This document shows, in pieces, positions 7,583 through 15,785 of a DNA stretch of 26,367 bases. The position numbers were made by a program, and so were the translations under genes. Origin of the DNA: Gemmatimonadota bacterium. Its GTDB lineage: Bacteria > Gemmatimonadota > Gemmatimonadetes > Longimicrobiales > RSA9. The notes below the pieces were generated by a model. It was not told the origin of the DNA, searched no databases, and saw only the letters and a program-made list of their open reading frames with translations. Each line of letters starts with the position of its first letter. Position 1 is the stretch's first letter. The DNA lies in the NCBI GenBank assembly GCA_040905425.1, contig JBBDRO010000046.1:4836-31202 (forward strand). Direction: 5' to 3'.

Positions 7583-10500
7583 ATGACCGTTCCCACCCCC
7601 GCAGCGCCGCGCACCGAAGCGCCACCCGCCAACCTTGCTGCGCCCGCCGAGCGCGGGGCCCGCGCGCGCCTCCTGTCAGGCAACGAGGCCATTGCGCGCG
7701 GGGCGTGGCAGGCGGGGGTGGTGGTGGGCTGCGGGTACCCGGGCACACCCAGCACGGAGATCCTGGAGGCGCTGGCGGCGCTCCCCGACGTGGACTGCCA
7801 GTGGTCCCCCAACGAGAAGGTGGCGCTGGAGGTGGGGGTGGGCGCCTCGCTGGCGGGCGGCCGGGTGCTCGTCACCATGAAGCACGTGGGCCTGAACGTG
7901 GCGGCCGATCCCTTCTTCTCCGCCGCGTACATGGGCGTGAACGGCGGTCTGGTGGTGGTGAGCGCCGACGACCCGGGCATGCACTCCTCGCAGAACGAGC
8001 AGGACAACCGGCTCTTCGCGCGGGCCGCCCGGGTGCCGCTGCTCGAGCCCGCCACGCCCGCGGAGGCGCTCGACTACACCGCGGCCGCCTTCGCGCTCTC
8101 GGAGCGCTTCGATACGCCCGTCCTGCTGCGCACCACCTCGCGCCTCTCGCACGGCAAGGCGGCGGTGCCGCTCGCGCCGCGCCATGACCGGCTGCCCCGC
8201 CGTTACCGTAAGAACGCCACCAAGAACGTGGTGCTGCCGGCCCACGGCCGGGCGCGCCACCGCCTCATCGAGGAGCGGCGCATGCCCGGGCTGGTGCAGC
8301 AGGCCGAGCGCATGGCCCTGGTCCACGCCGGCACGGGGGACGTGGCGTTTATCACGGCCGGCGTACCCTACCTCTATGTGCGCGAGGCCTTCCCGGCCGC
8401 CGCCGTGCTGAAGCTGGGCATGACCCATCCGCTGCCCGTGGACGTGATCCGTCGCTTCGCGGCCGCCCACCCGCGCGTCCTGGTGGTGGAGGAGCTGGAG
8501 CCCATGCTGGACGAGCAGGTGCGCGCCCTGGGCATTGCCACGCTGCCGCGCACCTGGCCCCGCTACGGCGAGCTCAGTGTGGAGGCTCTCCATGCCGCCC
8601 TTTCAAGCGACGTCCCCGCGCCGGCCGCCGTGGCGCTGCCCGTCCTTCCCGTCCGGCCTCCCGTCCTCTGCCCGGGGTGCTCGCATCGCGGCGCCTTCCA
8701 CGCGCTGAGCCGCATGGACGCCATCGTTTCCGGGGACATCGGCTGCTACACCCTGGGAGCGGTTGCGCCCCTGGCCGCCATGGACGCGTGCATGAACATG
8801 GGCGCCTCCATCGGCATGGCCGCGGGCATGGCCATGGTGCTTCCCGAAGCCGACCGCGCACGGGTGGTGGCCGTCATCGGGGACTCCACCTTCTACCACT
8901 CCGGTATCACGGGGCTGGTGGACGTGGTCTACAACGGCGGCGCGGCCACCGTGCTGGTGCTGGACAACCACACCACGGCCATGACCGGCCACCAGGACCA
9001 TCCCGGCACCGGCCGGCGGCTGAACCAGGAGCCCGCGGGAACGGTGAGCATCGAGGGGGTGGTGCGGGGACTGGGCGTGGCGGATGTCCGCCGCCTGGAC
9101 CCCTACGACCTCATGGCCGCGTGGCGCACGCTGGACGGGGCCGCGGCCACCGACGCGCCCACGGTACTCCTGGCCGAGGCGCCGTGCGTGCTGAAGGAGC
9201 GTGTGGTCTTCGGGGAGCCTGTCATCCTGGACGCCGACGCCTGCACCGACTGCCACGCGTGCGCGGCACTCGGCTGCCCCGCCATCCAGGAGGTGGACGG
9301 CCGGCTGGCCGTGGACCCCCTCCAGTGCACCGCCTGCACGCACTGCCAGCAGGTGTGCGCCGACTGCAACGCCGGCATCGACATCCCGCTGGTGCTGGAG
9401 CTGGTGGCCCGCGACCGCCTCGAGGAGGCCTATCACACGCTGGTGCGCGCCAACCCCTTCCCCGCCGTGGCGGGGCGGGTCTGCCCGCACCCGTGCGACC
9501 ACGCCGTGAATGCCCTGGGCTTCGACCAGCACACCCGCTGGGCGGCCAGCTACCCCGAGCTGCTGGCGCGCTTTCCGGACGCTGCCCACGACGGGCAGAT
9601 CTCCATCCGCCATGTGGAGCGCTGGCTGGGCGACTGGGGTCTGGAACACGTCCCGGGCCGGGCCTTCCAGCCCGCCGAGGAGCGCGGCCAGCGCGTGGCG
9701 GTGGTGGGCGCCGGCCCGGCCGGTCTGGCGGCCGCCTGGCACCTGCGGCGCGGCGGCTTCCGCGTCACGGTCTTCGAGGCCGGGGACGCGCCCGGCGGCA
9801 TGCTGCGCCACGGCATTCCTTCCTTCCGCCTGCCACGCTGGGTGGTGGACGGCGAAGTGCACCGCCTGGAGGAGATGGGCGTCCGCTTCCGCTGCGGGAT
9901 CCGGGTGGGGCGCGACTTCCCCTTCGAGGAGATTCTGGAGGCCCACGAGGCGATCATCGTGGCCACCGGCGCGGGCGCGCCGCGGGAGGCGGGCATCGAT
10001 GGCGCCGAGGAGGCGCTCGGCGTCTGGGACGGTGTGGACTTCCTGGCGCGCTTCAACCGGGGGGACCCGCCTCCGGTGGGGGGACGGGTGGCGGTGGTGG
10101 GTGGCGGGAACACCGCAGTGGACTGCGCCCGCGCCGCGCGGCGGGCGGGCGCTCAGGTGAGCGTGGTGTACCGGCGCGGTGAGGCGGAGATGCCGGCCAT
10201 TCCGGACGAGGTGGACGAGGCGCGGGACGAGGGTGTGGAATTCCACTTCCACGAGCTGCCCAGGCGCGTGGTCACCGACGCCCGCGGCGGCCTCGTGGGC
10301 GTGGAACTGGTGCGCATGGCGGCGGGCGCGCCCGATGCCAGCGGCCGCGCCGCGCCGGTCGAAGTGGTGGGCAGCGAGCGCACCGTGCCCTATGACACGG
10401 TCATCCTGGCCATCGGCGAGCGCCCCGACCTGGCCTTCCTGGGTGGCGTGGACATCCGCACGAACGGCCGGGTGGAGGTGCGCTTCACCGGCGCCACCAG

Positions 10501-10624
10501 CCGCGAGGGCGTCTTTGCCTGCGGCGATGCGGCGTTCGGCCACGGCACTGTGACCCAGGCCATTGCCACGGGCCGGCGCGTGGCCGAGGCGGCCACGAGC
10601 TGGCTGGCGGGGAGGGCGCGGTGA
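7583..10624 (+). CDS. iorA: Indolepyruvate:ferredoxin oxidoreductase alpha subunit fused to a GltD-like FAD/NAD(P)H oxidoreductase domain
   Basis: ATG 7583 with AGGAGA RBS. IorA motifs LLSGNEAIARGA, GYPGTPSTEI, NEKVALE, MKHVGLNVAADP, SSQNEQDNR, RPPVLCPGCSHR, GDIGCYTLG, IGDSTFYHSG, LDNHTTAMTGHQ; 2x[4Fe-4S] motifs; then GIDIP, NPFPAVAGRVCPHPC, VVGAGPAGL, GIPSFRLP, GGGNTAVD, YRR, GVFACGD. Confidence 0.92.
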   Translation: MTVPTPAAPRTEAPPANLAAPAERGARARLLSGNEAIARGAWQAGVVVGCGYPGTPSTEILEALAALPDVDCQWSPNEKVALEVGVGASLAGGRVLVTMKHVGLNVAADPFFSAAYMGVNGGLVVVSADDPGMHSSQNEQDNRLFARAARVPLLEPATPAEALDYTAAAFALSERFDTPVLLRTTSRLSHGKAAVPLAPRHDRLPRRYRKNATKNVVLPAHGRARHRLIEERRMPGLVQQAERMALVHAGTGDVAFITAGVPYLYVREAFPAAAVLKLGMTHPLPVDVIRRFAAAHPRVLVVEELEPMLDEQVRALGIATLPRTWPRYGELSVEALHAALSSDVPAPAAVALPVLPVRPPVLCPGCSHRGAFHALSRMDAIVSGDIGCYTLGAVAPLAAMDACMNMGASIGMAAGMAMVLPEADRARVVAVIGDSTFYHSGITGLVDVVYNGGAATVLVLDNHTTAMTGHQDHPGTGRRLNQEPAGTVSIEGVVRGLGVADVRRLDPYDLMAAWRTLDGAAATDAPTVLLAEAPCVLKERVVFGEPVILDADACTDCHACAALGCPAIQEVDGRLAVDPLQCTACTHCQQVCADCNAGIDIPLVLELVARDRLEEAYHTLVRANPFPAVAGRVCPHPCDHAVNALGFDQHTRWAASYPELLARFPDAAHDGQISIRHVERWLGDWGLEHVPGRAFQPAEERGQRVAVVGAGPAGLAAAWHLRRGGFRVTVFEAGDAPGGMLRHGIPSFRLPRWVVDGEVHRLEEMGVRFRCGIRVGRDFPFEEILEAHEAIIVATGAGAPREAGIDGAEEALGVWDGVDFLARFNRGDPPPVGGRVAVVGGGNTAVDCARAARRAGAQVSVVYRRGEAEMPAIPDEVDEARDEGVEFHFHELPRRVVTDARGGLVGVELVRMAAGAPDASGRAAPVEVVGSERTVPYDTVILAIGERPDLAFLGGVDIRTNGRVEVRFTGATSREGVFACGDAAFGHGTVTQAIATGRRVAEAATSWLAGRAR

Positions 10625-11235
10625 GCGCTCCGGCCGCCGTCGGCGCCCGCACCGTGAATCTGGTGCTGGCCGGGGTGGGTGGGCAGGGCTCCGTGCTGGC
10701 CACCCAGATCGTGGGCCAGGCCGCCGTGCTGGCGGGCCACCAGGTGGTGACCTCGGAGGTGCACGGCATGTCCCAACGGGGCGGTACGGTAGTCACGGCG
10801 GTACGCTACGGCGCCGACCCCGGCGCGCCCACCGTGCCCCGCGGGGAGGCGGACTACCTCGTGGCATTCGAGCGGCTGGAGGGCCTCCGCTTCCTGCCCT
10901 GGCTCCGGCCGGGCGGCACCGTGGTGCTGAACAACCAGGCCATCCGCCCCACCGTGGAGTCCCTCAAGCTGACGGGCTATCCCACGGAGATCGAGGAGCG
11001 CCTCCGGGCGCACGCCGGCACCGTGCTGGTCACGCCGGCGCTGGCACTGGCCAGGGGCATCGGCAATCCCAGGCTGGTCAGCACGGCCGTCCTCGGCGCC
11101 CTCTCCGTGGTACTCGATCTGCCGCGTGAGGCCTGGGAGAAGGCCGTGGCGGGCGCGGTGCCACGACATACGGTGGAGGCCAACCTGGAAGCGTTCAAGG
11201 AGGGGGCACTTATGGCACGCTGGGTGACGTCATGA
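10621..11235 (+). CDS. iorB: Indolepyruvate:ferredoxin oxidoreductase beta subunit
   Basis: AGVGGQG and SEVHGMSQRGGTV motifs, AFERLE, C-terminal EANLEAFKEG; GTGA overlap with iorA. Confidence 0.93.
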   Translation: MSAPAAVGARTVNLVLAGVGGQGSVLATQIVGQAAVLAGHQVVTSEVHGMSQRGGTVVTAVRYGADPGAPTVPRGEADYLVAFERLEGLRFLPWLRPGGTVVLNNQAIRPTVESLKLTGYPTEIEERLRAHAGTVLVTPALALARGIGNPRLVSTAVLGALSVVLDLPREAWEKAVAGAVPRHTVEANLEAFKEGALMARWVTS

Positions 11236-11600
11236 ACATCTGCATTCCTACCGTGGACAACAGTGGCCTGAAGGCGCGGCTTTTTCCCCATTTCGGGAGC
11301 GCCCCGTTTTTCACGATCGTGCGGGCGGAGACGCTGGAGGCTCGATCGCTTGCCAACGAGCATGCCAGGCACGAGCACGGGGCCTGTCGACCCATGGCGG
11401 CCCTGGCGGGCCTGGACGTGGACGTGGTGCTCTGCCGCGGCCTGGGTGCGCGTGCCCTGGAGCGGCTGCGAAGCGGCGGAATCAGTGTCATGGTGGCCGA
11501 CGCCTGGCACGTGGACGAGGCGCTGCGCGCGCTGCGCAAGGGCAGGGCGCGGCCGCTGTTCACCGTGGACGCCTGCCAGGGCGGGCCTCACGAGCACTGA
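11232..11600 (+). CDS. NifB/NifX-family (dinitrogenase FeMo-cofactor-binding fold) small protein
   Basis: 122 aa, ICIP...HFGSAPFF, His-rich HARHEHGAC, VDVVLCRGLGARALERLRSGGI; ATGA overlap with iorB. Confidence 0.8.
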   Translation: MNICIPTVDNSGLKARLFPHFGSAPFFTIVRAETLEARSLANEHARHEHGACRPMAALAGLDVDVVLCRGLGARALERLRSGGISVMVADAWHVDEALRALRKGRARPLFTVDACQGGPHEH

Positions 11601-11618
11601 GGTCGGGCGCGCTCCCCG

Positions 11619-12707
11619 CTACTCCGCGGTGAGCGCCGGCTCGTAGCTGAGCGCCTCCTCTTCCCCGCGCACCACCCGCAGGGCGCCCTCCGCCAGCGCC
11701 CGTAGTTCGTCCTCCCCCGGATAGACGTGCACCGGCGCGATCCACGCCAGGCGCTCGCGCAGCTCCTCGGCCACGGCTGCGGCCTGTACCATGCCGCCCG
11801 TGAGCAAGACGGCGTGCACGCGACCGTCCAGCACGGCGGCCATGGCGCCCGCCTCCCGGCGCACCTGATAGAGCATGGCGTCCAGTACCAGGCGGGCCCG
11901 TCGGCTGCCCCGCTCGATGCGGCGCAGGACCTCGCGGACGTCCCGGGTGCCCATGTAGGAGAGCAGGCCGCCGCGGTGTGTGGCGCGCCGGTAGAGGTCG
12001 GCGGCATCCTCCTGGCCCCGGCGGATACGGTCCAGGAGAGCGGCTACCGGCAGACCGCCGGCCCGGTCCGCGCCGAAGGGCCCCTCCTCGCGGGAGTTGC
12101 ACACTTCCACCATGCGAGCCTCCCGGTGCGCGCTCACCGATATCCCGCTGCCCATGTGGACCACCACCAGGCGGAGCTCCGCATACGCGCGATCCACCTC
12201 CCGCGCGTGGCGCCGCGCCACGGCCTTGGTGTTGAGAGCGTGCGAGAGGCAGGTGCGCTCCAGGCCATGCAGCCCCGACAGGCGGGCCACCTCGTCCCAC
12301 TCATCCACGCTGACGGGATCGACCACGTAGGCCGGTGCGCCCGCGGCCTCGGCCAGCCGGACGGCCAGGAACGCGCCCAGGTTGGAGGCGTGCTCACCGC
12401 GCGCGGCGGAGCGCAGGTCATCGAGCATGGCCGGCCCCACCCGGAAGGTGCCGCTCGGTACCGGGCGCAGCAGGCCGCCCCGGCCGGCCACGGCCGTCAA
12501 CCCGGTCGCGTCCGCGCCCTGGCGCTCCAGCTCGGCTTGCACCGCTTCCAGGCGCGGCTCGAGCTGCGCCAGGACGGGCTGGCTCGTGAGCGTTTCGGGG
12601 TGCTCCACCACCGAGACGAAACGCTCGGAGTCACCGTCGAAGAGCCCGAGCTTGGTGGAGGCCGCGCCGGGGTTCAGTGCCAGAATGGTCGGGACGAGTT
12701 GGCTCAT
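11619..12707 (-). CDS. buk: Butyrate kinase-family acyl kinase
   Basis: Start MSQLVPTILALNPGAASTK; GRGGLL, EHASNLG, VVDPVSVDE, HALNTKAVA, VHMGSGISVSAH, GPFGADRAG, LLTGGM, VYPGEDELRALA. Confidence 0.93.
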   Translation of the reverse strand: MSQLVPTILALNPGAASTKLGLFDGDSERFVSVVEHPETLTSQPVLAQLEPRLEAVQAELERQGADATGLTAVAGRGGLLRPVPSGTFRVGPAMLDDLRSAARGEHASNLGAFLAVRLAEAAGAPAYVVDPVSVDEWDEVARLSGLHGLERTCLSHALNTKAVARRHAREVDRAYAELRLVVVHMGSGISVSAHREARMVEVCNSREEGPFGADRAGGLPVAALLDRIRRGQEDAADLYRRATHRGGLLSYMGTRDVREVLRRIERGSRRARLVLDAMLYQVRREAGAMAAVLDGRVHAVLLTGGMVQAAAVAEELRERLAWIAPVHVYPGEDELRALAEGALRVVRGEEEALSYEPALTAE

Positions 12708-12714
12708 GGGCTGA

Positions 12715-13638
12715 CTAGCTCGCGGCCACCACCGCACCAAGCGTGATGCTGTGCAGCTTATCCTGTGCACTTTCGACCCGGGAAGGGATGAGAACCGGCA
12801 CCCGCGCGCCCACCACCACGTGTGCCGTGATGGAGCCGCCCAGGTACTTCACGGCCTTCCCCAGCACATTGCCGGCTTCGATGTTCGGCAGGACCATGAT
12901 GTCGGCCCGTCCCGCCACGGGACCGGTGATGCCCTTGGCACGGGCAGCCGACTCGAGCAACGCGTTGTCCAGGGCCAGCGGGCCGGCCACGTCGGCCTCC
13001 CGCAGGCCGGGCACCTGCCCGGCGGCGGCGCGTGCGGCCAGTTCGGCGGCCGCCACCGTGGACGCAAGCGCTTCACTCACCACTTCCGTGGCGCTCAGCA
13101 GGGCCACGCGCGGACGCGCGAAGCCCAGCGCGTGGAAGACGGCCACGGCATTGCCGGCAATGGCTGCGAGCTGCTCGGGGGTGGGCGCAGGGTTCAGGCC
13201 GCCGTCGGTGACGCCCACCAGGCGCGGCACGCCGGCGAGCGTATCCTCGTAGAGCAGGACGTCACTGAGCAGACGGCCGGTGCGCAGGCCGCGGGCGCGA
13301 TCCAGGACGGCGTGCAGCAGCTCGTCGGTGCGCAGGGCACCCTTGAGCAGCAGCTCCGCCTCGCCGGCGTTGGCCAGCTCAGCGGCGCGGGCGGCGGCCT
13401 CGGCGCCGTTCTCCGCGGCCACGATCCGGGCGCCGCCGAGCGGTGCCAGCGCGTGCTCGCCGATGAGGGCGCGGATGCGGTCGGGAGAGCCGATGAGAAT
13501 GGCTGTGACCATGCCGCCGCTGACAGCCTCGGATGCCGCGTGGAGCGCACTTGGGCTGTCCGCCGCCACCACCGCCAGGCGCGCGGGTCCGAGCTGTGCG
13601 GCCCGCGTCAGCAACGCAGCAAACGTATCGATCCCCAT
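12715..13638 (-). CDS. ptb: Phosphate butyryltransferase-family acyltransferase
   Basis: LLKGALRT, GLRTGRLLS, TDGGLN, PRVALLSATE, GPLALDNA, PVAGRADI, PNIEAGNVLGK, GARVPVLIPSR; directly upstream of buk. Confidence 0.9.
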   Translation of the reverse strand: MGIDTFAALLTRAAQLGPARLAVVAADSPSALHAASEAVSGGMVTAILIGSPDRIRALIGEHALAPLGGARIVAAENGAEAAARAAELANAGEAELLLKGALRTDELLHAVLDRARGLRTGRLLSDVLLYEDTLAGVPRLVGVTDGGLNPAPTPEQLAAIAGNAVAVFHALGFARPRVALLSATEVVSEALASTVAAAELAARAAAGQVPGLREADVAGPLALDNALLESAARAKGITGPVAGRADIMVLPNIEAGNVLGKAVKYLGGSITAHVVVGARVPVLIPSRVESAQDKLHSITLGAVVAAS

Positions 13639-13723
13639 CCCCGGCCCCCTCCCTGCAGCGCGGGCTCCGAGGGCGCTCCGAACGCCTGCCGGAGCTCCGC
13701 CCCCCAGCCTCGGATCCGTCCGC

Positions 13724-14971
13724 TCAGGGCGTGCCCTCCACCGAGCGGACCGCCGCCAGCACCTCCGCCTCCGTCAGCAAGCGTTCGGAGCGCTTGGCCG
13801 CGGCAAGTACCGCCTGCACCATCTCATGGGTGGCCGTGATGCCTCGGGCCGCCATAAAATAGTGCACGTTGGAGGCCCCCGACATGTGCCCGATCTCGAT
13901 CTCCTGGAGGCGACCCACCCACCCGGCGGGCACGCCGGAGTAGACCCGATCCGCCAACCAATCCTGCCCCTTGCGCTGCGCTTTAATCACGGCGGCCGCG
14001 TGCACCCCCGTGGCGGTGCGGAAAGCGTCACGCCCCACGATCGGCTGATTGACCGGCACCGGCATGCCGAGCGCCTCGCCCGCCACCTGGCAGTACTCCA
14101 TGAGGCACGACAGGTCGTCATCCCGGAGCCCGAGCAGGCGCAGGTTCACCAGGAGCTGCTCCATGGGCGTATTGCCCACGCGCTCGCCCACGCCCAGCGC
14201 CGTGCCATGCACCCTCGTGGCGCCGGCCTCCACGGCGGCCAGTGAGTTGGCCACGTCCAGGCCGCGGTCCCGGTGCCCGTGCCAGTCAATGCCCACGCGG
14301 TCTGCCACACCCAGTTCGGTGAGCAGCTGCTTCACCCAGTGCGTCAGGTTGCGGACTCCCGCCGGCACGGCGGCCCCGCACGTGTCGCACAGGCAGACAC
14401 GGCTGGCGCCGGCGTCCACCGCCGCGGTCAGGAGCACACGCAGGTGTTCGGGCGCGGAGCGGATGGTATCCTCCGTCACATACATGACCTGGAGTCCCTC
14501 ACCCACCGCGAACTCCACGGCCTGCCGCGTGTGGCGGAGCACGTGATCCAGATCCCACTCCTCCGAGTAGTGCCGGATGGGGCTGCTGCCGATGAAGACG
14601 CACGCCTCGATCGGCACGCCCGTCTTCTGCACCACGTCGGCAATGGGCTGGATGTCCACCACCATCGTGCGCGCCGCGCAGTTGGGCCGGATGGACAGGC
14701 GCTCGCGCTCGATCTCGCGGCAGAGCCGTTCGACGGCGTCCCGCTGGCGTGGCCCGGCACCCGGCAGACCCACGTCGGCGGTATCGATGCCCAGGCGGTC
14801 CATCAGGTGCAGCAGACGAATCTTGAGCTGCACGGGCGGATCCTGCACGGAGGGGCTCTGCAGCCCATCACGTAGCGTCTCGTCATCCAGCATCGGCCGC
14901 GGCGGCAGCGCGTCCTCCGCGCCCGCGGGGGCCCAATCATGGATGAGATCCTGGCCTGTGGTACCGCTCAA
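13724..14971 (-). CDS. LeuA/homocitrate synthase-like DRE-TIM metallolyase lacking the C-terminal regulatory domain
   Basis: DETLRDGLQ, TEDTIR, LCDTCG, HGHRDRG, GVGERVGN, IVGRDAF...GVH, GHMSG. Start placed at TTG 14971 (GGGAG RBS) because the track start at 15073 overlaps the TPR gene. Confidence 0.85.
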   Translation of the reverse strand: MSGTTGQDLIHDWAPAGAEDALPPRPMLDDETLRDGLQSPSVQDPPVQLKIRLLHLMDRLGIDTADVGLPGAGPRQRDAVERLCREIERERLSIRPNCAARTMVVDIQPIADVVQKTGVPIEACVFIGSSPIRHYSEEWDLDHVLRHTRQAVEFAVGEGLQVMYVTEDTIRSAPEHLRVLLTAAVDAGASRVCLCDTCGAAVPAGVRNLTHWVKQLLTELGVADRVGIDWHGHRDRGLDVANSLAAVEAGATRVHGTALGVGERVGNTPMEQLLVNLRLLGLRDDDLSCLMEYCQVAGEALGMPVPVNQPIVGRDAFRTATGVHAAAVIKAQRKGQDWLADRVYSGVPAGWVGRLQEIEIGHMSGASNVHYFMAARGITATHEMVQAVLAAAKRSERLLTEAEVLAAVRSVEGTP

Positions 14972-15002
14972 GGTCCGCGTCTCCCAGCTGATGGGTGGCC
15001 GA

Positions 15003-15707
15003 TCAATGGGCGTTCGCGCTGGCAAACTGGCGCGCCTGATCCAGGAGGCGGACGGCGCCCGCCTCATCGCCACGGGAGCGCCGGATGTGCGCCAGGTGGA
15101 AGAGGCTGCTCACCTCACCCACGCCCTCGTCCAGACTCCGCTGGAACTCGCGTTCGGCGGCATCCAGATCGCCGCGGCGCTCGTGGATCACGCCCCTGTG
15201 ATAGCGGGCCATGAGGTACTCGGGCGTGAGCGCGGAGCATTTCTCGAAGTGCTCCAGCGCTTCGTCCAGTTCCCCCGCATGAAAGAGCGCTATGGCCAGC
15301 CGGTAATGGGCGGCGTAGTAGTGCTCGTCCAGCTCGAGGCAGCGGCGGTAGGCCCGGATGGCATCGGGCATGTTGCCCCGATGATAATGGGCCACCCCCA
15401 GGTCGTAGGAACAGAGTACGAAGGCGGGAGAAATCTCGAGCGCCCGGGCGTAGCGCTCGATGGCCAGGTCGAGCGTCCCCTGGTGGAAGTACACCGTGCC
15501 CAGGAGATGGTGGGCCAGGGCATTGTCCGCCTCGGCCTCTACCAGGCGCTTTAGTTCGCGGCGCGCCTCACGGTGTTCACCGGCGGTTTCGCGATGGAGT
15601 GCGTGCAGGATCCTGTGATCAATGAAGGCGTCGCGCAGAAACATCCCGCACTCGGCGCAGAATTTGTCCGTGGCGGCGGCGTCGTGGCCGCATCTAGGGC
15701 ACCGCAT
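15003..15707 (-). CDS. Zinc-ribbon plus tetratricopeptide repeat protein
   Basis: N-terminal CPRCG-x8-FCAECG zinc ribbon followed by about 5 TPR-like units (AHHLLGTVYFHQG, YDLGVAHYHRG, AHYRLAIALFHAG, ARYHRGVIHERRG); GGAGG RBS. Confidence 0.85.
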   Translation of the reverse strand: MRCPRCGHDAAATDKFCAECGMFLRDAFIDHRILHALHRETAGEHREARRELKRLVEAEADNALAHHLLGTVYFHQGTLDLAIERYARALEISPAFVLCSYDLGVAHYHRGNMPDAIRAYRRCLELDEHYYAAHYRLAIALFHAGELDEALEHFEKCSALTPEYLMARYHRGVIHERRGDLDAAEREFQRSLDEGVGEVSSLFHLAHIRRSRGDEAGAVRLLDQARQFASANAH

Positions 15708-15785
15708 GATCGTGCCTCCAGGCCCCCGCGGAAGGGGCCGCTGGTCCGCGCGTTCTCTGGAGGGTGGCGCCCGAACTGGACCGTA

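Noticed and set aside
7393..8055. N-terminal extensions of ORF 6724..8055 (TetR) and ORF 7436..10624 (IorA)
   Set aside because: The extensions overlap each other and the promoter region; motifs and RBS support starts at about 7392 and 7583.
11601..11618. Bidirectional terminator between the convergent ior and bcr operons
   Set aside because: Only 18 nt separate the stop codons, with no convincing hairpin plus U-tract.
13639..13723. GC-rich hairpin (TCCGAGG...CCTCGGA enclosing GCTCCG...CGGAGC) between the LeuA-like gene and ptb
   Set aside because: No U-tract and plausible by chance at this GC content; cannot be called a terminator or ncRNA.
11232..14971. Nitrogen fixation cluster (NifX-like plus NifV/homocitrate synthase-like genes)
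   Set aside because: No nifH, nifD, nifK, nifE, nifN or radical-SAM nifB in the window; both families are widespread outside diazotrophs.
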